64,000 nucleotides of DNA from a virus: IMG/VR virus record IMGVR_UViG_3300025887_000010, positions 1 through 64,000 of that record. One strand, given 5' to 3'. The notes beneath the pieces were generated by a model. The model did not search any database. It saw only the letters and a list, made by a program, of their open reading frames with translations, and was not told the DNA's origin. The position numbers and the translations under genes are program-made. Positions 18,243 through 27,521 of the stretch are shown here, one piece after another (within the stretch, counting starts at the first letter, position 1; every line of letters starts with the position of its first letter).

Positions 18243-18315
18243 TTGATATTTTCCTTTGTTTATAGTTCCAAAATATCACATTCTGTGCTACATGTACACT
18301 ACTTCTTGTACATCC

Positions 18316-18828
18316 TCAAAAGATTTTTCCGCGAAGAACATCGAAGACGACAAGTGGCAAAAGCCATGGGAATACTCGGGTGTGGATTGGCGTTGAACGC
18401 CAGTAGGTTTTGGTGCTGTCAATCCATCCATAATCTCGATGCCAAAGCACCATGTGACGAGGGATGAGTGTGTTTGACGACGAATAGCATAACCAAAGAC
18501 CTGCACGAAATGTGAGTAATGAGACAAACAGCTTCAGCCAACTTCCCTCGATCAGGTATAGTGTAGTGATCGCAAAATCCTCACAATCTCCTTCCTTTTC
18601 CTTGCTGATGAGATGCCACCCAGAGATTGTTCCCCACCTGCTTCGCTCATATCTGAAATCTTCCACGAATTTCTCAACGGGGGACATCCTCGAGTAATCC
18701 AACGCCTTCTTTATCGAGTCGCGAATTGTTTCCAGCTTGGCAATGCTGTCAGATGTCTCCCCAGATTCGAGTGCGGCCGTGATATCGTACTGGGCTTTCA
18801 ATAGGTGAAACTTGAGGGATTCTGTCAT
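18316..18828 (-). CDS. transglutaminase-like (BTLCP-type) cysteine peptidase (start MTESLK)
   Basis: GDCEDFA...HMVL...WID Cys-His-Asp pattern; early promoter 18884-18912. Confidence 0.65.
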   Translation of the reverse strand: MTESLKFHLLKAQYDITAALESGETSDSIAKLETIRDSIKKALDYSRMSPVEKFVEDFRYERSRWGTISGWHLISKEKEGDCEDFAITTLYLIEGSWLKLFVSLLTFRAGLWLCYSSSNTLIPRHMVLWHRDYGWIDSTKTYWRSTPIHTRVFPWLLPLVVFDVLRGKIF

Positions 18829-18936
18829 TCTCTTTTCCTTCACAGAAATGTACTTCACATAAATGTATTTTATGTTCAATTCTACCATATCACATTTCGT
18901 GCAAAATGTACACAACAGATTGAGAATTATGCACAG

Positions 18937-18972
18937 AAAAGCCCTCTAATCCTGAGATTAGAGGGCTTTTTC
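18937..18972 (-). terminator. intrinsic terminator after the Ig-domain gene
   Basis: AAAAGCCCTCTAATC-loop-GATTAGAGGGCTTTT inverted repeat. Confidence 0.85.
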
Positions 18973-18992
18973 GTTCCTAATCTCTCGTTAGA

Positions 18993-19592
18993 TTAGGTGA
19001 CTGTCAGCGTCAGCGTATCCGAGGCAAGATTACCCTGGACAGTAGCAGTGATGACAACCACACCAGGTGCAACACCAGTGATCAAACCACTCACACTGAT
19101 AGTAGCGATACCAGTATCAGCAGATGCATATTCAACAGTCGGTGCATTCGCAACACCGTTTCGGGTAACTGTGTTCGTGGTCTGGACGGTCCCAGCGACG
19201 GCAACAGCTGCAGGATCAGGACCAAATTCGATCACATAGGCACCGGTTCCATCGTATCCAACACTCGCGATTCCAGCACGGAAGATTCGATAGGCAGAGC
19301 CGAGAGTCAGACCGGGAAGTCCGCGATCACGAGTGATGATTGCGCCCGAAAAGTCGTCGCCATCAGAGACAAGGTTCGCAACATAGAATGATGCGCCTTC
19401 ACCGACTGATACTTCAGTGCCGTCGGAAGTGCCGGTACCAGGAATGACCAGTGAGTTGTTGATCATGGTCAAGTTGTATACAGTGTTGAGTTCGTCCGCG
19501 ATGACGAAGTGCAGATCATCGAGTTTTGCAATGACGACGTTCGCAAGATCGGTAGATGCTGCTGTTAGTGCTGCGGCAAATTTGGTTTCCAT
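18993..19592 (-). CDS. virion decoration protein with C-terminal Ig-like (Big_2) domain
   Basis: VEYASADTGIATISVSGLITGVAPGVVVITAT; late-type YAAAATA upstream. Confidence 0.75.
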   Translation of the reverse strand: METKFAAALTAASTDLANVVIAKLDDLHFVIADELNTVYNLTMINNSLVIPGTGTSDGTEVSVGEGASFYVANLVSDGDDFSGAIITRDRGLPGLTLGSAYRIFRAGIASVGYDGTGAYVIEFGPDPAAVAVAGTVQTTNTVTRNGVANAPTVEYASADTGIATISVSGLITGVAPGVVVITATVQGNLASDTLTLTVT

Positions 19593-19641
19593 GTGTATTC
19601 TCCTAATAGTTCACATAATGTATTCGGGTATTTTACATCCG

Positions 19642-20616
19642 TCAGTACTTGCGATTGTTTTGCCAAAGCATAGCATGCTCTACCATGTCCTTGATGTTGT
19701 ACTTTCGCTTGAAATCTAAGAGGGAAACAGCACGAGTGCAATCACATACGAGATGGGGTGGATCACCCCGACGAGCATGTTTCGAGTTGACAGATTCGAA
19801 ACGTTTACCCATGACAGATTCCACAATATTCATCAACTGTCTTACGGAAGTTCCATGTTGGCTTCCAAGATTAAAGATACCGGGCACTGGATCAGAGGTG
19901 TCGTTTTTGACCATCGCGGTGATATGCGCATCCACAAGATCGCATACATGAATGTAATCACGTACAGCTGTTCCATCAGCTGTCGGATGGTCGTTACCGA
20001 AAAGATTGAAACGTTCACCAGTTTGAAGTGATCTGATGAGATTTGGAATGAGGTGGGTCTCAGGAAAGTGCGATTCACCAATTTTGCCATCAGGATCAGA
20101 ACCTGCGACATTGAAGTACCGGAAAACAGTCGCGTTGAGGTCATCATGCTGGTATGTCATATTCGCCAGATACATCTCACACGCAAGCTTTGAAGCACCA
20201 TAAGGCGTCAAGGGCTTAGTCGCGTCCATCTCACGAAGACGTTTTTTCGAAGGTGAGTAAACAGCAGCAGTAGAAGAGAATACGATGTTTCGGACACCAT
20301 GAATAATCGAAGCATTGACCACATTCATGAATCCTACCAGATTGTTTGTCCAGTATTCATGCACCATCTCAAAACTTTCAGGTACGATACTCATAGCAGC
20401 AAAGAACATGACTGCATCAGGTTCTTGAGAGCCTATTGTATGGTCAAGCCTCTCAATGTCAAGAATATTGTATGGATATATTCGACAGTTGATAGCATCG
20501 ATGTGACCAGTTGCGAGGTTGTCATATACGATGACTTCATGACCTTGCTCTTCTAATGCTTTGCATGCATGTGAGCCAATGTATCCAGCTCCTCCAAAAA
20601 CCATGACTTTCATCAA
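19642..20616 (-). CDS. galE: UDP-glucose 4-epimerase
   Basis: GGAGYIGSH, FSSTAAVY, YGASK, RYFNVAG, ETHLIP, DGTAVRDYIHV.DL, RRGDP. Confidence 0.96.
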   Translation of the reverse strand: MMKVMVFGGAGYIGSHACKALEEQGHEVIVYDNLATGHIDAINCRIYPYNILDIERLDHTIGSQEPDAVMFFAAMSIVPESFEMVHEYWTNNLVGFMNVVNASIIHGVRNIVFSSTAAVYSPSKKRLREMDATKPLTPYGASKLACEMYLANMTYQHDDLNATVFRYFNVAGSDPDGKIGESHFPETHLIPNLIRSLQTGERFNLFGNDHPTADGTAVRDYIHVCDLVDAHITAMVKNDTSDPVPGIFNLGSQHGTSVRQLMNIVESVMGKRFESVNSKHARRGDPPHLVCDCTRAVSLLDFKRKYNIKDMVEHAMLWQNNRKY

Positions 20617-20939
20617 CCTGTCTCCTTCATTCCGTCAAAAATTTCTACCTTTGTTGGATTGCGAAGAATTCGACCTATGGCTTGCATATTCAACTGCTGA
20701 AGTTCGAAGGTCAGAGAAGCATTCTCAACAGTGACAGCACGTTCGTATTTTTTGCTGTCAAGCAATTGTCGTTCTCGAGCTTCAGATTGCTCAGCTCGAA
20801 TACAAAGAGCCTCAATTGTTTCAGCAGCTCTTTTCAGTGCGGAAGGGTAGTCCCATATGGCACCTGACGTTGCATACTTTGCGTCCTCACTAATTTCAAG
20901 AAGAGTTGCGGCCTCTGCTCGTGCATCTTCAAATTTCAT
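20613..20939 (-). CDS. hypothetical coiled-coil protein
   Basis: ATGA overlaps on both sides. Confidence 0.6.
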   Translation of the reverse strand: MKFEDARAEAATLLEISEDAKYATSGAIWDYPSALKRAAETIEALCIRAEQSEARERQLLDSKKYERAVTVENASLTFELQQLNMQAIGRILRNPTKVEIFDGMKETG

Positions 20940-21370
20940 CGTACATCTCCCATTTCAAATCGTCGATAGTCCAGGATGGATTTGATGAGGAAGTTTCGAG
21001 TGTTGATCTGTCGAACGACCTCTTCGAGAACTTCTTTCATTTCGACGAGAGTTTCCTTTCGACGACGAATCTTCTTCAGATCGTCGTCAGCTTTCAGCCA
21101 CAAAGGCATTTCAGACTTCATGACCTTCAGATTGAACGGCTTCGCCTTGTATTCCTCAGCAGAAGCTTGACCACCGTAATAGAGACGCTTCTTGAACTCA
21201 GCAGTTTCGAATTCGTCATCAAGAGAACGAATTGCCCTCTTGACACGAATGAGGCGCGTAAAGTATTTGTGGTGGAGGTGCGGAATCTTGCGAGATTGAT
21301 CTGCGAGATCAGGGGTGATGTCGCAATCCTTTTCCCATTCGTTGACGATATCTTCGGTTGTCATCTTCAT
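20936..21370 (-). CDS. uvsY: recombination mediator
   Basis: W.KD..I......S..IP.LH.KY...YY.G.A..E.Y...PF.LKV.K.E....L.AD...I..R.F.IK. Confidence 0.9.
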   Translation of the reverse strand: MKMTTEDIVNEWEKDCDITPDLADQSRKIPHLHHKYFTRLIRVKRAIRSLDDEFETAEFKKRLYYGGQASAEEYKAKPFNLKVMKSEMPLWLKADDDLKKIRRRKETLVEMKEVLEEVVRQINTRNFLIKSILDYRRFEMGDVR

Positions 21371-21825
21371 GATTTTTCGATCTTCACTTCTTGATACAAC
21401 ATGGTGAGACCACACGTGATCGATTCAGGGGACGACACGTTCGACGTCAAGTCGATTGCATCGAGGGTGACTGGAAACGCATTGATGTATCGGAAACTGA
21501 TGCCATCAAAGCCATGATTGTTCGGAACGACAACTGAAAAGTCAGACACTTCAAGAGCTACATTTTCAGCTGTCCGCATTGCCTCAATCCACTCAAAGAC
21601 ACTCAGCCAGTTCGTGAAGTCTTCGTCAACGATGAACTGTGCCGTAAATGGCACCCATTCCCATGAGCCCGTGGGAAATGGAATCTCGTAAATCCCTCGA
21701 TTGACACTCACATTTCCGATTGAAATTCCAGGGGTGGTGGTTCTTGTGCAACTGAACGAGACTCCAGGAAGTCGGTTGATCTTCAGAATGAAGTTGTTGC
21801 TTTGTGCGTTATTCTGCTGGCTCAT
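21367..21825 (-). CDS. gp3: tail completion / tube terminator protein
   Basis: F.L.I.RLPGVSF......PGISI...F...FIVDED..NW..VFEWI. Confidence 0.8.
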   Translation of the reverse strand: MSQQNNAQSNNFILKINRLPGVSFSCTRTTTPGISIGNVSVNRGIYEIPFPTGSWEWVPFTAQFIVDEDFTNWLSVFEWIEAMRTAENVALEVSDFSVVVPNNHGFDGISFRYINAFPVTLDAIDLTSNVSSPESITCGLTMLYQEVKIEKS

Positions 21826-21871
21826 CGTTTGGTTCCAATCTCTATTCTATGAGTATTTTGACAAAATGTAT

Positions 21872-22261
21872 TCAGTCTTCTCGGTAGAATAGGTGGTTGC
21901 CGACTTGAGCGACAAACTGAATTTTGTCAGCCCAATATGGCCGAACAGATGTCGTATGGAAGTGGGTTGCATCAATCCCATAATTCGGATGCTCGATAAT
22001 GTCGATTGCAATATCAACAGCTTCGTCAAATCGTTCAGGCTCATTGATGACGAAGTTTTCCTGTCCTTCGTAAAAGGAGAACTGACTGACGCCACTTAGA
22101 CTTCTCTGAGTCATGACTTCGCAAAGTGTGTCAGGATAGGCTTCAGACAATTTCCGAGCCATTACGACTTCGCCTACATACGTCATTCCTTGAATGCCTT
22201 CACCTCGAGCTTCGAAGTACATCGTCAGTGCGAGGCATGTGATGGGTGCTGACAGAATCAT
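21872..22261 (-). CDS. SleB-family cell wall hydrolase (Hydrolase_2)
   Basis: CLALTMYFEARGEG...YPDTLCEV..Q...QFSF...ATHFHT..V.PYWA...GNHLFY. Confidence 0.9.
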   Translation of the reverse strand: MILSAPITCLALTMYFEARGEGIQGMTYVGEVVMARKLSEAYPDTLCEVMTQRSLSGVSQFSFYEGQENFVINEPERFDEAVDIAIDIIEHPNYGIDATHFHTTSVRPYWADKIQFVAQVGNHLFYRED

Positions 22262-22497
22262 GAGGTGAAAACCTCGGGATTGGCTTCAACACCACGAGTT
22301 TGGCTAAGCATCGCATCAGCATACTGATATTGCATTGTGACAAGAGTCTCGATGATCCGTTGCATCACATGAGGTTGCGTTTCACTCTTAAGTGGACGGC
22401 CGTGAATTGCGATGGAGGCATGATCAATTGTGATTGGAGCATTCATCGCAAGATGATCACGAACACTGATGTGTGTTTTTGCAGGCTTGTTGAACAT
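22258..22497 (-). CDS. hypothetical protein
   Basis: RDHLAMNAP...YADAML pattern of small phage proteins. Confidence 0.6.
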   Translation of the reverse strand: MFNKPAKTHISVRDHLAMNAPITIDHASIAIHGRPLKSETQPHVMQRIIETLVTMQYQYADAMLSQTRGVEANPEVFTS

Positions 22498-22583
22498 GGT
22501 GTTCCCCTAAAGTGAAAGGACAAAGTGGACAGTCACATACGCAATGATCACGAATGCTGCGAAGTCGAAAAGGAACTTGCCAA

Positions 22584-22775
22584 TCATGCCTGTACCACCG
22601 TCGTTTCATCGACTGAAACAATCGACTCTTCAGAGACGATATGTTGAACATCTGGAATACTCACATTTGCACTAACATTCTCGATGAAGAGTGCATTTGC
22701 GGCTTCAGCGCTTTCAGCAGTTATGTCCATAACTACCTCCACGGTAATTGTCGAAGTGATTATGTATGTTGGCAT
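22584..22775 (-). CDS. hypothetical early protein
   Basis: promoter TTTACA-N17-TATAAC (22804-22832) with full AACTATAAACAAAGGAG leader. Confidence 0.7.
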   Translation of the reverse strand: MPTYIITSTITVEVVMDITAESAEAANALFIENVSANVSIPDVQHIVSEESIVSVDETTVVQA

Positions 22776-22853
22776 TTTGGTATTCTCCTTTGTTTATAGT
22801 TCAGTTATATCATACGGGGATCAATATGTAAACAAGAGAGTTGCAAAATACGT

Positions 22854-23165
22854 ATGGAAAACAAGAATCATCTCATCATCGCATTCGTTTCTGAAGAGCA
22901 CCTCCATCGGGAGATGTTCCAGTTCGCTATCTTACAGCGAAAGATCAGAAAGTGGGTCAAGAACCAGCGAAGGTCTGCAATGGAGATCGTGAATCAGATT
23001 CGCAGAATCCAGAACACATTCGACAGTGCATTCATCGAAAAGGTCGTTGATGGAAAATTCACACTTGAAGAGCGGAAGATCATCAACACGGTTCTTGGTC
23101 GAATGCCACCACATCACGAATTCACAGTGAAGTGGGATTTGGAAATGAGGAAGCTCAGATGCTAG
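22854..23165 (+). CDS. hypothetical late protein
   Basis: CAAAATA 3 nt before the ATG; first gene of the plus-strand spanin operon. Confidence 0.6.
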   Translation: MENKNHLIIAFVSEEHLHREMFQFAILQRKIRKWVKNQRRSAMEIVNQIRRIQNTFDSAFIEKVVDGKFTLEERKIINTVLGRMPPHHEFTVKWDLEMRKLRC

Positions 23166-23473
23166 CAGTAGTCAATTTCGTTCGTTCGTATTGGAAGATC
23201 CTCGCAGTGATCGCTTTCATCGGTGGCTACACGACAGCCGTTTATGTCTACGCGCAAAACGTGATCGAGGACAGGATCGCAGCTGAAAAACTGAAAGCCG
23301 CAGAACTCTACAACCAAAAGCTCGAGGTCGTTTTGTCTGACAACGCCGCAGAGGTTCAGCGAATATTGGAACAAAACGCGACCGACATTCAGCAGCTTAC
23401 GGATGTTGAAGACAGTCAGTCTACGAGCATCGAGCTTAACAACGCAATCGACATTCTGAGAAGGAGACAATGA
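23159..23473 (+). CDS. inner-membrane spanin (Rz-like)
   Basis: N-terminal TM helix plus coiled coil; overlaps the lipoprotein gene. Confidence 0.7.
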   Translation: MLAVVNFVRSYWKILAVIAFIGGYTTAVYVYAQNVIEDRIAAEKLKAAELYNQKLEVVLSDNAAEVQRILEQNATDIQQLTDVEDSQSTSIELNNAIDILRRRQ

Positions 23474-23736
23474 TGAGAGTATTCCTGATCGCAACATTCA
23501 TATTTCTATCAGCCTGTGGAGAAACGTACCTTCAGCGCAAGATTCCTGCAAAACTGCTCACATGTGAAGGAGTCGAGATTCCTGAAGGCCGATTGACAGA
23601 TCGTCAGATTTCTCTGCTCCTTTTCGAGTACGACACGAATCTTCGCATCTGTGTGGCAAACTCAGACTCCATCGAGCAGCTCGTCAACAATGATTCAACA
23701 ACAATCGGAGATATCGTGCGCACTCTCCAACCATAG
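23470..23736 (+). CDS. outer-membrane spanin lipoprotein (Rz1-like)
   Basis: lipobox LSAC, P..LL.C...P periplasmic pattern with a second Cys. Confidence 0.8.
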   Translation: MMRVFLIATFIFLSACGETYLQRKIPAKLLTCEGVEIPEGRLTDRQISLLLFEYDTNLRICVANSDSIEQLVNNDSTTIGDIVRTLQP

Positions 23737-23780
23737 TATCACACTTTAGGTTGTTTGTACACAAATTTTCACTAAATAGT

Positions 23781-23895
23781 GAGCTCCAGGATCATTCTGG
23801 TTAATCCTGGAGCTCGCTGGTAACACTCGACGGCATTGACAATATATTATTCATCAATGCTGGTTCGAGTATTCACCGAGTCCCATTGACAGGTC
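23781..23895. repeat. quasi-palindromic intergenic element, copy A
   Basis: core TTGACAATATATTATTCATCAA (23836-23857); GTTAATCCTGGAGCTCGCTG nearly identical to copy B; 11-bp hairpin GAGCTCCAGGA/TCCTGGAGCTC. Confidence 0.75.
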
Positions 23896-24403
23896 TTTGT
23901 TTTGGGACCTCGGTTTCAGGAAATCGAGTCTCCCACAGTCGATCAAAACTCAGACGGTATTCGAAAACCCGAGCATTGTCACCCAAATTCATTGAAGACC
24001 CAACCTTCCATTCGCTCTCATCGAATTCGAAGTGTGCGTCAGCATCAACGACTTCTGTGTCTACCACTGTTCGAAGTAGACGATTGCATAGAGGAAGGAA
24101 TCTCTTGTAGATTTCTGCTCCTCCGGCAACAACTACGTTGTCATAGTCAGCAAACCAGGCGATAGCTTGTTCAGGAGTGCAGTAGATGACACCATTCTCT
24201 TGTGTACGTTTCTGACTCGTTATGACGACCATGAATCGATCAGCGAGTCGGAAAGGAAGACTTTCGTACGTCTTCCTCCCCATGATGACGATCTTGCCTG
24301 TTGTACTTCGCTTGAAGAACCTCAAGTCTTCAGGAATGTGCCAAGGCAGTTTGCCGTCCTTGCCGATTGCACCATTTCGATCTGTTGCTACGATTGCGAA
24401 CAT
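23873..24403 (-). CDS. frd: dihydrofolate reductase
   Basis: IVATDRNGAIGKDGKLPWHIPEDLRFFK..T.GK.VIMGRKTYESLP, GGAEIY. Confidence 0.96.
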   Translation of the reverse strand: MFAIVATDRNGAIGKDGKLPWHIPEDLRFFKRSTTGKIVIMGRKTYESLPFRLADRFMVVITSQKRTQENGVIYCTPEQAIAWFADYDNVVVAGGAEIYKRFLPLCNRLLRTVVDTEVVDADAHFEFDESEWKVGSSMNLGDNARVFEYRLSFDRLWETRFPETEVPKQRPVNGTR

Positions 24404-25188
24404 CAGACCGCCACCGGAGCTTTGATTGTTGGATGTGGTTCGTATCCAAACAGCACGAAGTTTTCGTACTTGAAGTCGAAGATGGAATCAGGTTTCGAAT
24501 TGATAACCATCATGGGCAATTTTCTCGGTATGCGTGACAGTTGTTCAGCGACTTGATCGAAATGGTTCAAGTAGATGTGAGCATCGCCAATGGAATGGGT
24601 GAATGTGCCAACGCCAAGGCCACAGATTTGAGCAAGCATCTGCTGCAGAAGAGCATATGAAGCGATGTTGAATGGAACGCCGAGGAACATGTCAGCACTG
24701 CGCTGGTACATCAACAGGTCGAGCTTTCCGTTGTTGACTCGGCACTGGAAGAACATGTGGCAAGGAGGCAGACCCATCTTAGACGTTTCAGGTGGGTTCC
24801 AAGCGGAAACGACCATTCGGCGGCTGGCAGGATTCGTCTTCAATTGTTCAACCAGTTCACTGATCTGATCGACGCCACCGAAGTCGCGCCATTGCTTTCC
24901 ATATACGGGACCGAGATCGCCATTCTCATCTGCCCATTCATTCCAGATGCGCACGTGGTTTTCCTGCAGATATCGGATGTTGGTGTCACCCTGAAGGAAC
25001 CAGAGCAACTCGTGAATGATCGCCGGCAAATGAACCCTCTTTGTTGTCAAAAGAGGAAAACCTTTCGACAGATCGAACTTCATCTGTGCACCGAAGACTG
25101 ATTTCGTTCCGACCCCTGTGCGGTCCATGTTTGTGTCTCCTTCCTCCATGATTTGGCGAAGAAGTCGTAGGTATGATGTTTCTGACAT
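24403..25188 (-). CDS. td: thymidylate synthase (ThyA type, no intron)
   Basis: [61 protein letters not shown]. Confidence 0.98.
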   Translation of the reverse strand: MSETSYLRLLRQIMEEGDTNMDRTGVGTKSVFGAQMKFDLSKGFPLLTTKRVHLPAIIHELLWFLQGDTNIRYLQENHVRIWNEWADENGDLGPVYGKQWRDFGGVDQISELVEQLKTNPASRRMVVSAWNPPETSKMGLPPCHMFFQCRVNNGKLDLLMYQRSADMFLGVPFNIASYALLQQMLAQICGLGVGTFTHSIGDAHIYLNHFDQVAEQLSRIPRKLPMMVINSKPDSIFDFKYENFVLFGYEPHPTIKAPVAV

Positions 25189-25189
25189 T

Positions 25190-26215
25190 TCAGGTTCCCT
25201 TCAGGTTTTCAATGTGCAGCAAGCGAGCTTTGACACCCTTTTCGAAGCGCATCTTGCTGAGGATTTTTGTTCTGGTCTTAGGATCGGTATTGATCACAAA
25301 GTCGTTGAGGTCTTTGCCATGCTCAGCAAATTCCGATGGGTAAAATGCGACTCTAAAGCCAGCATCAATTGCTTCACGCTTCATCTTCATGATTTGTCGA
25401 TTGAATGGTTCATTGTCGTACCACAGAATCGTCTGATCATTATCGATCTCATCGATGTTCTGCACTCGCTGATAGATCGCAGAGTCGAGAACCGCAACAG
25501 AGTTTGGTGTGAAGCATGAGTCAAAGAAGCCTTCGAAGACGTGAACTCTCTTATCGAGATTCAGTCGATCAAGACCAATCACCTTTGGAATTGTTCGATC
25601 GATGATGGCTGTCTGATAGCGAAATTTGCCCTCCATGTAGCGAGCCTGAAAACCAAAGATCGAACTATCTCTCTTTCGAAAGGGAAAGACGATCGCAGGT
25701 CGAGACGCATTCGATTTCGAATCGCTATACGTAGCAGCAATCTCGAAGAAGTTCTCGCTGAAGTAGATTTGCTCCCAACGACTCTTGAGGATTTTGCGAC
25801 TGTTCAGATAGACGACGGCTGGGTGAGTGCTGCTGAGATTGAGGACACTTCCCAGATCGAACTGATCAACGTCAGGATATTCGACTGGCTTCACTTCCTC
25901 ATCTTCGTCATCAGTTTTCTGATTCAAACTGATTTTCTCTACATCACCACGAAGATTGCCAAGCCGATATTGGCGATAGAGACTATAGTCGAACTGCTTC
26001 AGGAAATCAGCGAACGAGATACCGGGCAGACAGTTGAAGCAATTGTATGCAACAGCATCGCCATTGAGAAGAATGCCGCCACGAGTTTTGTTTGGGTCCT
26101 TCTTCGAGTCACCACAGAGAGGACATCGAAAATGCAATTTGTCTGGAGAAGCCCAATGAGCTTTCTCCAGACGTTGCATTAGGACATTTTCAACGAATTC
26201 GCGAGCGTTTGACAT
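25190..26215 (-). CDS. gp61: DNA primase
   Basis: [18 protein letters not shown]...CFNC zinc finger; QAR; FEG.FDS TOPRIM; DNE; KDLND. Confidence 0.93.
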   Translation of the reverse strand: MSNAREFVENVLMQRLEKAHWASPDKLHFRCPLCGDSKKDPNKTRGGILLNGDAVAYNCFNCLPGISFADFLKQFDYSLYRQYRLGNLRGDVEKISLNQKTDDEDEEVKPVEYPDVDQFDLGSVLNLSSTHPAVVYLNSRKILKSRWEQIYFSENFFEIAATYSDSKSNASRPAIVFPFRKRDSSIFGFQARYMEGKFRYQTAIIDRTIPKVIGLDRLNLDKRVHVFEGFFDSCFTPNSVAVLDSAIYQRVQNIDEIDNDQTILWYDNEPFNRQIMKMKREAIDAGFRVAFYPSEFAEHGKDLNDFVINTDPKTRTKILSKMRFEKGVKARLLHIENLKGT

Positions 26216-26234
26216 TTCGATACTTTTCGTTTCT

Positions 26235-26846
26235 TCAGAAGGATGAGTAGATTGCTGTGTCGAGAGCTTTGGCCCATGCTTCCATCATGCACTCTTCCAT
26301 GAGGTTAGAAGTCACAAGGGTCGAGCGAGCAGGCCATTTGGCGTAGTTGAGAACCTTCGTTTCACAATTTTCCTTCCATCCTTGAGGAGTAGCACCGCGA
26401 TCGAAGAAATTCATCATCTCCTTAGCAACTTTAAACTGTGCCGTGGCCTGCATGAAACCCATAGACCAGCTCATGGCATGCTCGGGGTTTTCAGCTATAG
26501 AAGTGGTGAACTCTTCCATTTTCTTCGGGAAACAATCAATGGTGTGCTTTGCAATCCAAAGAAGATTGGCGAAGCGCTGTTCACTTTTGTCGATGTATTC
26601 GTTCTTGTCGAGCTTGATAAACTCTTCGAGTGGTCCGCGACGTTCGATGCGTGCCAATCGTTCTGCTTTCTTTTGAGCTTGCTCTGCTTCTTTAGCAGCG
26701 ACACGTTCTTTGCGAGCAAGTTCCTCTGTCTGGACATCAGCGAGCATTTTCCGAAGATCATCAAGAGAAGTGCGACCATCTACATTCTGGTGAGTGATGG
26801 CTTTGATTTCACTACGAAGTTGTCTTTTTTCTTGATGCTTGTTCAT
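26235..26846 (-). CDS. hypothetical early coiled-coil protein (start MNKHQE)
   Basis: GGAG RBS, promoter 26884-26912. Confidence 0.7.
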   Translation of the reverse strand: MNKHQEKRQLRSEIKAITHQNVDGRTSLDDLRKMLADVQTEELARKERVAAKEAEQAQKKAERLARIERRGPLEEFIKLDKNEYIDKSEQRFANLLWIAKHTIDCFPKKMEEFTTSIAENPEHAMSWSMGFMQATAQFKVAKEMMNFFDRGATPQGWKENCETKVLNYAKWPARSTLVTSNLMEECMMEAWAKALDTAIYSSF

Positions 26847-26912
26847 GATCATCTCCAGTTTGTTTTGATTTAACTTATAATTCAAAGTATCATGCTGGAG
26901 ACACAATGTACA

Positions 26913-27509
26913 CTACTTTGTCAACATCTTTGCAAAGAATTTGGCGTATCTTTCAAGGATCAGATCGCACAGTGTCGGAACTTCCTCTCTGATTTGCCAA
27001 TTCGTGTTATCGACACCGAAGTCACACTTCATCGAAAGAGCCTCGATGTGCTTCTCAGATTCATGGACTTCGCCTTCAGGTGTTGTCTTCTCATTCGCAA
27101 CGTGAACGAGACAGCCACCAGCATCAAGGATTTTGTCGGCTTCGTTGTGGAAACGTATTCCATCGACCATAAAGACCTTTGCATCGCGAGTCTCCATTGA
27201 CGAAATGCTTCGGTCTATCCAAAGATCGTTATGGATCATGTCGCGACCCCACTCTGTGCCGAGAGTTGTCATCAGTTGACGAGAAGTCTTTCCACCAAAA
27301 TCGTGGAGAGTGTGATCACGCATACGATTGTCATAGACGTTTCCACGAGGAACTCCGAGTGCGATTAGCATGTCATAGATCGGCTGTGAGAAGGAAGCTT
27401 TGTCCACACAATTTGGAAAAGATCGGTGTATTTCGTCGGTGAGAAGTCGTGCGGTCGAGCTTTTGCCAGAGTCTTTGTGGCCAACAAAGCCGATAATCAG
27501 TTTCGCCAT
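26913..27509 (-). CDS. deoxynucleoside monophosphate kinase (T4 gp1-like)
   Basis: IIGFVGHKDSGKS P-loop, RQLM.TLGTEWGR....DLW, DGIRF.NE, H.SE. Confidence 0.9.
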   Translation of the reverse strand: MAKLIIGFVGHKDSGKSSTARLLTDEIHRSFPNCVDKASFSQPIYDMLIALGVPRGNVYDNRMRDHTLHDFGGKTSRQLMTTLGTEWGRDMIHNDLWIDRSISSMETRDAKVFMVDGIRFHNEADKILDAGGCLVHVANEKTTPEGEVHESEKHIEALSMKCDFGVDNTNWQIREEVPTLCDLILERYAKFFAKMLTK

Positions 27510-27521
27510 TTACTATGTCCT

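Noticed and set aside
24403-25188. Group I intron, intein or homing endonuclease in td or other core genes
   Set aside because: td, primase, ligase and gp46 have normal lengths and are uninterrupted; no GIY-YIG, HNH or LAGLIDADG motifs were seen.
25541-26182. 213-aa plus-strand ORF opposite the primase (and many similar antisense ORFs)
   Set aside because: Fully overlaps a well-supported minus-strand gene; expected from codon bias.
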